Below are positions 48,955 through 61,495 of a DNA stretch of 64,000 bases, piece by piece (position 1 is the first letter of the stretch; every line of letters begins with the position of its first letter). The notes under the pieces are model-generated. The model was given only the letters and a program-made list of their open reading frames with translations, had not been told where the DNA came from and made no database searches. The stretch lies in NCBI RefSeq assembly GCF_028641065.1, contig NC_073402.1, positions 21,948,001 through 22,012,000 on the forward strand, written 5' to 3'. The translations under genes and the position numbers were made by a program. The stretch comes from Leucoraja erinacea. Its lineage: Eukaryota.

Positions 48955-49984
48955 GGTGGCTCACCACTGCCCTCTCAAGGGCAATCGGAGATGCCCAATA
49001 CATGCTGTCCAAGCCAACAATGCCCAGATCCCTAAAAGGGAATTAATCACATGCCTGCTTTCCATATTTTTCAGACTAGTCATCAACCTGAAATATTACA
49101 TCAGTTACTCTGCTTTCCCTTTCTCCTTTTTTCCTTCTCAATTTTAACCCACCAAGCATCGTGGGACAGTGTTATTTTAAATTGGAGAATTTCAATTCAG
49201 AGTATTCAAACTGGTTTCTTACTTATCAACAATAAATATATTAAGTTTAGTGCAAATATATATACGGAGAGATCATGCATAGAGGGGAGCCTGATCCCAC
49301 TGAAGACTTAAATATATATTTATCTTCCTAAATCAAGTGTGCAGGAAAACGTGTTACTCATTGTGGTACAAATAATACTGATGATAAACACAAAAAGCTG
49401 GAGTAACTCAGCGGGACAGGCAGCATCTCTGGAGAGAAGTGACGTTTTGGTCCGAGACCCTTATTCCGATGATACTGATTGTTCACCTAAGCCTGTACAT
49501 GTTAGTCTGTCTGGTGAAGACACTGGTGAACAATTGGTATTAGTGTCCAAAAGGTTTTTGGAGGGAGCGGTTAGTATGGGGAATGTTAGATAAGGCTCTG
49601 GAGTGATGCCAGAAAAAATGCATTTGAAAGCAGCAAGGTTGCAGGTATATTGGTCCACAACCACCTGCATGTTCTCCTCCTCACTACAAACCATCCCGAC
49701 TTGGAAATATATTCCGGTCTTTGTTGGTGGGTCGAGATCCTAGAACTCCCTAACAGTAATTTCACCAGAAATATTGCAGTGGTTTGAGAAGTTGGCTCGC
49801 CACTGCCCTCTCAAGGACAATCAGAGATGGCCAATACATGCTGTCCAAGCCAACAATGCCCAGATCCCTAAAAGGGAATTAATCACATGCCTGCTTTCCA
49901 CATTTTTCAGACTAGTCATCAACCTGAAATATTAAATCAGTTACTCTGCTTTCCCTTTCTCCTTTTTTTCCTTCTCAATTTTAA
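48955..49984 (+). repeat. Local direct duplication of about 195 bp (48955-49147 and 49792-49984)
   Basis: Near-identical ccactgccctctcaagg...ccttctcaattttaa, offset about 837 bp. Confidence 0.9.
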
Positions 49985-50759
49985 ATCGATCCTTTTTTCA
50001 ATCTGAATATTCATGAAGGAGTTTTGGTATATTCATCAAATTATTATTGAATATGAAAGAAAACAATTTGTGTATGCAATGCAGTTTTATTAATTAGTAT
50101 TCATACCGGATTCATGATTGTGAGACAGTTACTATATATCAATTAAAAAACGATTTGCATCTGCATGATGATTATTGAAGAATATTAATGGCTCGCCTCA
50201 ATTTGGTAACAATCACATATCTATCCTTGTTATTCTAATTAACAATCAAAACCCATGAATGCCTTGCAGCTTAGAGTTGTTCATCTGTCAATGGAGAAAC
50301 ATTACTTTTATTTTATTTTAGTAGTGATTTGGCTACCATGGTTACACGGACAAAATCTAGTTTAGATCTGATGCTCTTAGATACTGCACAGATGTACAAA
50401 ATTGGTTGCAAATATTGAGTTAAAGGATGTGAACCAGACCACATTCTGCAATTCTACTGCAGTCTTTCTCGGTGGCGTTTCCCTTCATTGCTTTTAACCC
50501 TTGAATCAAGCACCTTAGTCTCCTCCTACAATGTGACAATCTCCCGAGCAAGTCATTTGATGCCAAACAAGCAGTCGAAATGATCCTCCATCGGTTCACT
50601 TCATATGTAGAGTAGCTGGGAACACAGTTTTAACTTGGTCTATTCCTCTGACCGTATTCCGAACCATGGTCCTAATAATCTCTGGAATATTGAAATAGTA
50701 GATAAAATGCTTTGATACCTTGGTACATTAAAACGCATCTACTCTGTGCTGTGATAGAA

Positions 50760-51640
50760 TATAATAATAATAATAATAAATTTTATTTATGGGCTCCTTT
50801 CAAGAGTCTCAAGGACACCTTACAAAAATTTAGCAGGTAGAGGAAAAACATGTAAGGGGAATGAAATAAATAGTAGAGACATGACTAGTACACAAAGTAA
50901 ATACAGAATTCAATACAAAACACAGTATGAGGCAATTAATGCACAGATGAAAAGGGACGGCACGTGGGGCTAAGGATAGGCAGAGGTGAAGAGATGGGTC
51001 TTGAGGCAGGACTGGAAGATGGTGAGGGACACGGAATTGCGGATCAGTTGGGGGAGGGAGTTCCAGAGCCTGGGAGCTGCCCTGGAGAAGGCTCTGTCCC
51101 CAAAACTGCGGAGGTTGGACTTGTGGATGGAGAGGAGACCGGCTGATGTGGATCTGAGGGACCGTGAGGGTTGGTAGGGGGAGAGGAGGTCAGTGAGATA
51201 TGGGGGGGGGGGCAGATGGTGGAGGGCTTTGTAGGTGAGGATCAGGATTTTGTAGATGATCCGGTGGGAGATGGGTAGCCAGTGAAGTTGTTTGAGGACT
51301 GGAGTGATGTGATGCCAGGATTTGGTGTGGGTGATGAGTCGGGTGGCTGCGTTCTGGACCAGTTGGAGTCGGTTGATGTAGGTGGAGCTGATGCCAAGGA
51401 GAAGTGAGTTGCAATAGTCCAGTCGGGAGGAGATGAAGGCATGGATGAGTCTTTCAGCAGCGGGCGGTGTGAGAGAGGGTCTGAGTTTGGCGATGTTGCG
51501 GAGATGAAAGAAGGATGTTTTAATGACATGGCGGATGTGAGGCTCAAGGGAGAGGGTGGAATCAAAGATCACGCCAAGGTTGCGGGCCTGGGGAGATGGG
51601 GAGACAGTGGTGCCGTCGATGGTAAGAGTTTTCACTTTCA
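50760..51640 (-). mobile_element. L2-clade LINE 3' fragment with (aat)n tail
   Basis: ORF 50970-51668: ARNLGVIFDSTLS..SRLDYCNSLL..LHWLP..RAFSRAAPRLWNSLP. Confidence 0.9.
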
Positions 51641-51874
51641 TTTGTAACAGGACAGTAAAACCTACCATGGTTGCTTTTATGATTTGATAGCAACTGTGTT
51701 CCCCACAATAATATTATGTTTTTATAAAGTGTAGATTTGAATGAGAAATCATGTTTTGTAAATCGGTTACAGCTTTGAGGTTGTAGTTAGCTGAATAGAT
51801 AGGGGGGTGGCATCAGGAGACGTTGTGGGTTTAGACATTCAGGCCGGCAACGAGGTACTGAGCAAGTTTATACT

Positions 51875-52162
51875 TTTAGTTTGGTTTAGAGATACAGCGC
51901 TGAAACAGGCCCTTCGGCCCACCGACTCTGCACCGACCAGCGATCCCCACATATTAACACTATCCCACACACACTCGGGACAATTTACACTTACACCAAG
52001 CCAATTAACCAACAAACCTGTACATTTTTAAAGTGCGGGAGGAAACCAAAGATCTCGGAGTAAACCCACGCGGTCACGGGAAGAACGTACAAACTCCATA
52101 CAGACAGCACCTGTGGTCAGGATCGAACCCAGGTCTCTGGCATTGTAAGACAGCAATTCTAC
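51875..52162 (-). mobile_element. HE1-like SINE
   Basis: Antisense SINE body and HER1-type tail. Confidence 0.8.
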
Positions 52163-52869
52163 CAGAGAGAACTGGAGTATTTGGTATAGGGGATAAATGA
52201 TGATGGTTTAATGCACAGAACAATGGAGATGGGAGAAATTAACCATTTTCTGGTTGGAAGGTTGTAATTAGTCATGCACCACACGTATTGGTGCGAGGTC
52301 TCAACTGTTCACAATCTATAACAGTGATTTGAATAAGGGGACTAAGTATAATATAACTAATTTTGATGATGATACTAAGCAGGGTGGCAATGTGAGTTGT
52401 GTGCAGATTCAAAGGGATTTGTTGCAGACAAATGGAATTAGTGTGGATAAGCACAAAGTTCGGCATGGATATGATGGGTCGAAGGCCGTGCAATTCAACT
52501 TATGGCTCTACAATGGTACGATATGGGTAAGATAAGTGAATGTAGCAGATGGATTGTAATGTGGACAAATGGGAGAGCTAAAAAGCAGAATTTCCATTCA
52601 CACACGAATCACTGAAATTCAACAAGCTGGAACAACAAGCAATTCGGGAGATACATGGTGTGTTGGCCTATATTGCAAGAGGATTTGATAGCAACGGTAA
52701 ATAGTGTCTTACAGCAATTATATGATGCCCTTGTGAAATCACACAGGGCATAGTATATATGTATATATTTTCTCCCTCCGTAAAGAATTGCAATAGAAGG
52801 AATGCAATAAATATTCACCAAATCAATTTCAGAATTGGAGGATTGTCCGACAACAAAGGGTTAAGCAGT

Positions 52870-53200
52870 CTCCCCTCTACCTCTCCCATCAGGCAAGTGG
52901 TACAGAAGTGTGAAAACGCACACCTGTTTCTTCCCACCTGTTATCAGGCAACTGAACCGTCCTATCACCAACAGGAGAGCAGTCTTGAGCTGCCACCTAT
53001 CTCATCGGAGACCCTCGGACTATCTTTATTCAGACTCTACTGGAATTTATCTTGCACTAAACGTTATTCCCTTTATTCTATATATGTACACTGTGGACAG
53101 CTTGATTATAAGCATGCATGGTCTTTCCGCTGAATGGATAGCACACAAAACAACTTTTCACTGTACCTCAGTACATGTGACAATAAACTAAACGAAACTC
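52870..53200 (+). mobile_element. Rex/Babar-like 3' end
   Basis: FFPPVIRQLN, catgtgacaataaac tail. Confidence 0.7.
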
Positions 53201-54447
53201 TGGACCTTTGCCTCTTGCTCTTCTAAATTTGAGAATGTAATCTCTTTGATATGCATAAATATTTAAAGGGTTTGTTGACAGGTTTGTTGCAAAGATGTTA
53301 CTGTTGGGATATCTGGAAGCAGGGGTCACAGTTTCAATGTAAGGGCTTAATCATTCAGAACAGGATCATGAGGAGAAATGTAAATGCCCAGAATGTAAGT
53401 GAACCTTGGAAATTGTGTACCCTGGGGTTCCGTTCCTGAGTATATTCAAGACACAGATGTGAATATTTTTCATTGATGTTGGAATCAAACTAAAGGAAAA
53501 ATGTATTTCACCGCCTCTCCACCAATCTTCCATCTGCCCATTGGTACGGCACTAGAAATTACACTGAGCCAGACCAGGTTTGATCAGAAGAAGGGTCTCA
53601 ACCCGAAATGTGATCCATTCCTTCTCTCCAGAGATGCTGCCTGACCCGCTGAGTTACTCCAGCATTTTGTGTCTATCTCAGGTTTGCCAGTTGATGACAG
53701 TTCACCCTGCCATCTCATTATTCAACTTGCCTTTAAAATCAGGATCTGTGCACAATAATGTGGATAACAGAGGTGACAGTGTTCAGATGGTGGTGCTTCT
53801 CAGTTTTGCCTCACCACCAGACTAAGCATTGAAGTGGTAGGGCAAGGGTCCAGAGCACTTTGCATCCAGGTTTTATATCAAGCAGGGATGGCATACAAAA
53901 CCACTCCCACTCCCTTCTCATTCTACTGAAACTAATCCCCTTGATACAACAAATGCACAACGTTCCAAAAACTAAATATTTTTTTACTATCTTTTGCAAA
54001 CAAAAGTAATGCTGGGAACCTCACACTTTACTAAATGAGAGTTTCTATTTCAGGATTCTAAACTGGGGAAGGGGTTTACTTATTTTGTTTATGCTTTTAA
54101 TAGTTTGCTAGTATTTTGAGGTTTTGAACTTTTAAAAAATCATTCATGATTTCAAAAAAATATCTACATCAATTGGAATAGTTATAAAATATTTCAAGTA
54201 GTCCGGACATTTAAAGACTGGTTACCAAGGCTGCTGACGTTGGCAAGGTCTCCCTGCCTTGCTAGATGCCACTGAAGTACACGTAATCAGCTTGACCCAC
54301 CTTCTGTATGTGGAACATGAGTGGGGGGGGGGGGGGGTGTTTACAATTTATAATCATGTCATTACACAAAGGATGTCCTTCATGGTGTCATATGCAGTAC
54401 CGTTGTGTTAAGTTGGATGGGCTAAGAATATAACATGAGATGCATTA

Positions 54448-54760
54448 GGGCAGCACAGTGGCGCAGTGGTAGAGTTGCTGTCTTGTGGCACTCTCAGCGC
54501 TGGAGACCTGGGTCGATCCCAGGTGCCGTCTGTACAGAGTTTGTACGTTCTCCCCGTGACCTGCGTGGGTTTTCTCCGAGACCTTTGGTTTCCTCCCACA
54601 CTGCAAAGACGTACAGATTTGTAGGTAAATTGACTTGGTATAAGTGTAAATTGTCCCTAGTGTGTGTAAGACAATGTTAATGTGCGGGGAACGCTGGTCG
54701 GCATGGACGCGGTGGGCTGAAGGGTCTGTTTCCGCACTGTATCTCTAAACTGAACTAAAC
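54448..54760 (+). mobile_element. Full-length HE1-like SINE
   Basis: A-box-like TGGCGCAGTGG, B-box-like GGTCGATCCC, V-domain, tail ctgtatctctaaactgaactaaac. Confidence 0.85.
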
Positions 54761-55033
54761 TGTAGGCTATTATTCACAACAGAACGGTACACCCACACAC
54801 TGTGTAAACTCTCATCATTGTCAACTGGGTAGCAAACCCGTGGACACTGAGGAACATATTGTACTTTCCCACATCAGTGTTGTATATCACGCAATTTCTG
54901 GAAGTGAGATGACAACCTGGTAAAACTCGTAAAAAGAGCCAAAAACATATTAAGAGTTAGAAGCGATTAACTTTGTCAGGTAAAAGGCTAAGCAATAGCA
55001 CCACCAATGCGTATATCAATTACTATAAAACAG

Positions 55034-55174
55034 ACTCAGCGGGTGAGACAGCATCTATGGAGCGAAGGAATGGGTGACGTTTCGGTTCGAGACCCTTCTT
55101 CAGACTGAAGAAGGGTCTCGACCCGAAACGTCACCCATTCCTTCGCTCCATGGATGCTGCCTCACCCGCTGAGT
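55034..55174. repeat. Head-to-head inverted Penelope tail pair (70-bp arms, 1-nt spacer)
   Basis: 55034-55103 is the reverse complement of 55105-55174 with about 3 mismatches; each arm has a hammerhead-like core. Confidence 0.9.
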
Positions 55175-55849
55175 TTCTCCAGCTTTTTGTCTACCTTCGA
55201 TTATTCCAGCATCTGCAGTTCTTTCTTAAGTATAAAACAGATTGTCGGAGGAACTCAGCAGGTCATGTGGCATTTGTGGAGGGAAATGGACAGTCAACGT
55301 TTCTGCTGTGGTCTATACTTCAACCCACCCCATGGAACTCTCCAATTTCCTTTAACTCTATTACATCCATCAACATACCTTCTTTCCCCTCTTGAGACCT
55401 GCCATTAATGGCCAAGCTTCAGCTGCTTGGACTCAACACTCTCAACTAGTTTCACTCTCCTTTGCCTCTGCAAGATTTGCACTCCTTCTTCCAAACCCTT
55501 CCAAGCTTTTGGTCATCCCCCTAATTTCTCGACGATATTCATTCCTTTCTTGTGCCTTGGGACATTTTGTTCAATGTTGAAAGTGCTATATAAATGAACC
55601 CTGTAGTTGTTGCTCTTTGCAGCCACAAGTGACTAGCTAAACCAGTTTCACTAATTCTACCATGCAGTCCTCATTTTTCGTTTAGATTAGAGATACAGTG
55701 TGGACACCAGCCATTCGGCCCACTGAGTCTATGCCAACCATCGATCACCCATACAACCATTCTACACACAAGAGGCAATTGATAGAAGCCAATTTCTTTG
55801 TCCATCCACAGTGTTTAGACATTCTATTGTATACATCTTTAGATGATGC

Positions 55850-56959
55850 CCTTAGCTTGGGTAGAATGAACAGTGAGGTGTAAAGGTTTACTGGGCCGAG
55901 AATAGCTGCAATCCCAGCTGCATTCCAGTTTAAATGTGAATGGGGAATGTGAAAAAAAAGAAAGTTACTTTGACTAATGAAATCATATCCTGTAAAGGAT
56001 ATGGGGAAAAATAAAAAAAACCCCATCTGTTTGTTAAATGCAATGGATAATAACGAGCAGATGGTCAGGTCATATACCTGGAGCTCAGATGAGATTCTTT
56101 GCAATAAAAGTGAAACATAAGCATTAGTTATACCATCCTCATAGCAGCCCTCTATCCCCAATGTGAAGAGATTTGATCTCAAAACGGTGTCAGCCATCTC
56201 TTGCTTTGTAAAACACACTTCCATTTCTTTTAGGAAGCTAAAAGTTTAGCCTTGTCACAATTTGCTTTTAACATTTTATTGCCATTTCCTTTCCTTATCA
56301 CCACCATTCATTACATAATGGGTAGTGACACCGGCTTCTTTGCAAACTGCCAAAACACATTTCCAGCTTTCCTTTCCCTTAATCCCCTTGAACTTGTTGT
56401 GACCTCCCAATATTCTGCAGTTGAATTCCTTCAACTGGCTCCCCCCTCCCCCCCCCTGCCCACCGCAGAATGAAATGGCACTGCTCAGCCTTTCATAAAC
56501 TAAGGATGTATTCCCGATCTCTCAATCCACCTCATTGCTGCTCTTGCACTTGGGTTCCCTCTGCATCTTTAAAACTATATTCTGCACTGTGTTTCCTTTC
56601 TCTTTTTGCACTAACTGTTGTACTTGTGCACAGTTTGATTCTATCCTTAGCTTGGGTAGAGTGAACAGTGTGGTTTAAAGGTTTACTGGGCCGTGAATTG
56701 CTGCAATCCATATAACCATATAACAATTACAGCACGGAAACAGGCCATCTCGACCCTTCTAGTCCGTGCCGAACACATAATCTCCCCTAGTCCCATATAC
56801 CTGCGCTCAGACCATAACCCTCCATTCCCTTCCCATCCATATAACTATCCAATTTATCCCTGCTGCATTCTAGTTTAAATGTAAATTGGGAGACTTTAAA
56901 AAAAAAAAATGAAAGTTACCTTGACTAATGAAATCATATCCTGTATTGGATATGGGGAT
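55850..56959 (+). repeat. Local direct duplication (55850-56008 and 56645-56959); second copy carries a CR1-type tail insertion at 56710-56855
   Basis: Shared ccttagcttgggtaga..aaaggtttactgggccg..gactaatgaaatcatatcctgta..ggatatgggga. Confidence 0.85.
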
Positions 56960-57255
56960 GCGTGGTACCATGTGAGGTATGAATTGCCTGAATAGACGCA
57001 AAACAAAGCTTTTTGCTGTATCTCAGTACACGTGACAATACACCAATACTTAATAATATATTATTATACAAAATAAACCAATCATACATGACACTCAATG
57101 TGAATTTGACAAGTGTAATCTATCCCTCATCATCTTTCTCACTGTCTGTGGTTTAAACCTTCCATGGGACTACATCGGCTGGTTCCCCTTTTAAGCCTCA
57201 AATAATTCTTATTCCACTTCCACAACTTTACTTCTCGTGTTCCCAAGCAATTTGT

Positions 57256-57548
57256 TTAGTTTTAGTTGAGTTTAGAGATACTGCGCGGAAACAGGCCCTT
57301 TGGCCCACAGAGTCCGCTACAACCAGCGATCCCCGCTCATTAACATTCCCCTACACAATTTCCACATACCAAGCCAAATAACCTACAAACCTGTACGTCT
57401 TTGGAGTGTGGGAGGAATCCGATCTCGGAGAAAACCCACGCGATCACAGGGAGAACGTACAAACTCCGTACAGACAGCACCCGTAGTCAGGGTCAAACCC
57501 TGTAAGCGCTGAAATGCAGCATCTCTACCGCGCGCCACCATGCCGCCC
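57256..57548 (-). mobile_element. HE1-like SINE
   Basis: Antisense SINE consensus. Confidence 0.8.
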
Positions 57549-59979
57549 ATTATTGCTCTTGAGCCTCCCCCTATCATGATTCTTGCCAAAATGCTGCTCA
57601 TCATAACATTATTCATGCACATCATGTGAGGATCCATGTGTATATTGATGATGCTTAGTTGTGTCTCATCACTGCCTGAATTAACCCAGCACTGCCTGCC
57701 AGTCTTCCAGCCCAAACACAATCCCTGAATTATCATTCAGCTTGTCCAACATTCGGGTACTAGATGACCAGACTTTTTCTTCAGCAGTTTGTTGGGACTG
57801 AATTAATCCACACATTTGCAGCCCACCTATATTCCCTTCTCACCAACATCATCTCTCTTCCTAGGAAATATATGAAACTAAAAAAAAAATAATTACCCAT
57901 TTGTTGTATTTTACCCGGAGTTGGAACAGCTGGAACAGCTAAATGCACAAAATATGTCAACAGAATTTGACATATTCACTATAGTTTGCTGTGTTTCTCG
58001 CATTTCATATTTTAAAAGAGTTGAATTTGTCTTTCAAAATTAGTTGACGTTTGAGAATACGCAAGAGACCATTTGTGCTTTTTTGATATACAGCTAAAAC
58101 ATGATAATATAACATAGTTTGCTGGTACATTAGTTATAACCTTTATCCGACCCTTTCACGAAAAGCTCTCTAATAGCGACATTTTTTCGGTCCTGAAAAA
58201 AGTCCTTGAAGACGTTCCACGGCCCGCAAGGTTTCTCCCGCACAGTGGCACGGCGGAACCTCCGGTCAAGTTTAAATTTCATACCTGAGGGTATGCTTGC
58301 GCTGAGAGAGAATTGACAATCTTCATGTTGAAAAAAATTACGTAGACGTTTAACGGGACACCGGCCCCATACTGCAAAATGGAGATCCCAAACCCATGGC
58401 CAATTAGCCCAGCCCCGCTCCAACTGAGGAACACGCTCCCGTAGGGACACTGTGGAAGTCAAACATCTTGCTTCCATCCCATAAGGGGGCGCAGCTCGGG
58501 CTGTGAATGATCCGGCATTAACAATATATCAGACTGCATCTGTATTTTACATTGTAGCTCACTTGAGACATTTGAACAATCATCAATTTATTATTTCAAT
58601 AGTTGTGTCAATAAGAAGTTTTACTTGATGAATCCTTGCACTGATACATCAGTTTAGCCGGATGAAATGCTGGTGATTTTCCACTCATTATTTAATGTTT
58701 TCCGATATTCTACATGCTTAGGGTTTAACTATCAGGCTCAGGAGAAGGGCAGCTGGAGGGTATATGTGAGGTTGGTGGTTAGGTAGTTGTCATGGGAAAA
58801 CTATTTGGTTCTAATGGGATACAGACAAAAAGAGAAGGATCAGAAGATATATGTTTTTCGTCATAGTGACAGAATGTAAGAAAAATGGTTTGCATTTCTT
58901 ATTATTAAATCATGGGATATGAGCATCATCGCCAAAGGTAAGCACTTATTGACTCGATAATTCCCATTTAATATGTAGAAATGAATACAGCAGCTATGCA
59001 ATTGTATTTTTAAATGCTGAGATATATTTATGAATGAAGCTATTTTTCTTCTTATCGAGTCCACACACAAGATTAGAAGTGGTTCAGCCAGAGCTTGTGC
59101 TTCTTGTGCTTGGTGGTGGAAAGATTGGTGGAAACAGGGCCGCGACGTGAACGCTCTTTCCTTGACCACCCAGTGATAACAAACTGTATTTGTTGAACTA
59201 GGAAATCATTACAAAGCCATTTGGCTATCTAGAAATTTCTAAAGGGAACTGTAATGTAATGGTTGCATGAGAACATGGGAAGGCAGATATTAGGTGCAAT
59301 TTGCCAAAATGCATGAAAACAAATTTGCGTAGAGTGAAACTTCAGTGCCTCAGTGTGTTACTCATTAACCTTGAAAATTCACCAATCTTTTGTACTGCTT
59401 CAGCGTTTACTGTTTTGATGTAAGGGGTTTAGGAAGCAGAAACCTGCCCCTTTTGTACATGCCCTTAATAGAATGTTCACAATCGTGAAAAACAATCAAG
59501 ACCAGTTTCCGCCCATAACAAACGCCGCGATTGACCACGTCACCACGACACCGTCCCAAATCAGAAATACTACGCCAACGAAAAAATAATGCCTTCGTTA
59601 ATAATTTAAATTCATTAATAAATGGACTTCTGTATCAGATAAACCTTTTAAAGTGGATATGGACATTGTGTATTGGTATTTAAAAATTGTTCTTACAAAT
59701 GATTGCAGTGACTTAAAGTAAGTAAGATTTATATTATTACAATACAATACAATACAATATTTATTGTCATTTGAACCTCAGTGCGGCTCAAACGAAACTC
59801 TGTTTCTACAGCCATACAAACAAAAAAACAATTCCTACTAGACACACAACCAAACAAACATTCACACAAACATCTATCACAGTGAAGTTCCTCCTCACTG
59901 TGATGGAAGGCAAAGGGTTTTCTCTCCCCTGCTCTCCATTTTCTCCCGATGTTGAAGCCCCAGGCGGGCAATGGTAAGT

Positions 59980-60864
59980 CCCACGGCCATTTTAGGCTGC
60001 GCCGGGCGATGTACGGCCCCGCTCCAGGCCCAACAGGCTCATTGGTATAGGCACAATATGCCCAAAAGTCAATGTGGTTCATTTTCTAGACCAAACACCT
60101 TAGAGACTTAAAGTTGGTGGACCACACCCATAACAATGTTACATTGATGCAAAGTAGGAACATCAAGTGACTCTTCAATCAAGAACACAGACCCTGGGGA
60201 GCATGTCTTTGTTTGAAGATACACAATTGTGACCATTTTTCTCAAAGTGTGTATGTATCAATGGGAGGCTTCTGTCGGGAGGTTTGTTCCGGGGTGGTTG
60301 ATGAACATGGCGTGCAGAAGGGCACCACGTACCAGATGTATAATCCAGTCTGTGTCGATGGATACAAAACCTTGGTATCTTACAAACACGACACAATTCT
60401 CAATGGCAAATATCAATTATTTAGTAAGTCGAATTCTCCCAATTTTGTTGGAAGTCCTTGCTGTCTCCTCCCCTTCCCACGGCCATTTTAGGCCCCCTGG
60501 CTGTCTCCTCCCATCCCCTAGGCTCATTGGGCTCCTCCTCCTTTTTTCTAGACCAAAACACCTTTAAAGTTTGTGGACCCACCCATAACAATGTCCAAGT
60601 AGGAACATCGAGTGACCTCCAATCAAGAACCAGACCCTGGGGATCATGTCTATGTTTGAAGAACACAATTGGGTTTTTCCGAAAGTGTTGTATGTATCAA
60701 TGGGAGGCTTCTGTTGGGAGGTTTGTTCCGGGGTGGTTGATGAACATGGCGTGCAGAAGGGCACCACGTACCAGATGTATAATCCAGTCTGTGTCGATGG
60801 ATACATAACCTTGGTGTCTTACAAACACGACACAATTCTCAATGGCAAATATCAATTATTTAGT
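59980..60864 (+). repeat. Tandem duplication, two copies of about 440 bp
   Basis: 60250-60425 vs 60689-60864 nearly identical; upstream parts more diverged. Confidence 0.9.
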
Positions 60865-61495
60865 TTTTGTTTAGAGATGCAGTTTGGAAACAGGCCCTTC
60901 GTTCCACTGAATCTGTGCCGACCAGCGACCCCCGTACAGTAACACTATCCTACACACACTAGGGACAAGTTACAATTTGACCAAATCAATTAGACTGCAA
61001 ACCTGTACATCTTTGGAGTGTGGGAGGAAACCGGAGGATCCGGAGAAAACCCACGTAGGTCACGGGGAGAACATACAAACTCCATACAGACAGCACATGT
61101 AGTCAGGTTCGAACCCGGGTCTTTGGCGCTGTAGAAGTAGCAATCTACCGCTGCGCCACTGTGCCGCCTTGTCATCCCTGGAAAATCCTGCACAAGTTGA
61201 AAGATCCAGCATGGACACATATCCTTCGGCCCACCGAATCCACGCTGACTATTGATCACCCATTCACACCACTTCTACATGATACCACTTTCGTATCCAC
61301 TCCCTACACTAGGGGCAATTTACAAGCGGCAATTAATCTACAAACCGGGAATTTTTTGGGTTGTGGAATGAAACTGAAGCAACAGGAGGAAATCCACGCA
61401 GTGCAAACACCGCATAGACAGCTCCCGAGGTCAGGATCGAACCTGGGTCTCTGGCACTGTGTGGTAGCAGCTCTACCAGCTGTGTCACTGTGCCA
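60860..61495 (-). mobile_element. Two adjacent HE1-like SINEs (60860-61168, about 61205-61495)
   Basis: Antisense tRNA heads (ctaccgctgcgccactgtgccgcc) and bodies. Confidence 0.8.

Noticed and set aside
54448-54525. tRNA gene
   Set aside because: A/B boxes belong to a tRNA-derived SINE head, followed by the SINE body and tail
58130-58500. 115-aa ORF and CTCF-like motif
   Set aside because: Resembles a decayed Harbinger-type MITE; the motif match is imperfect
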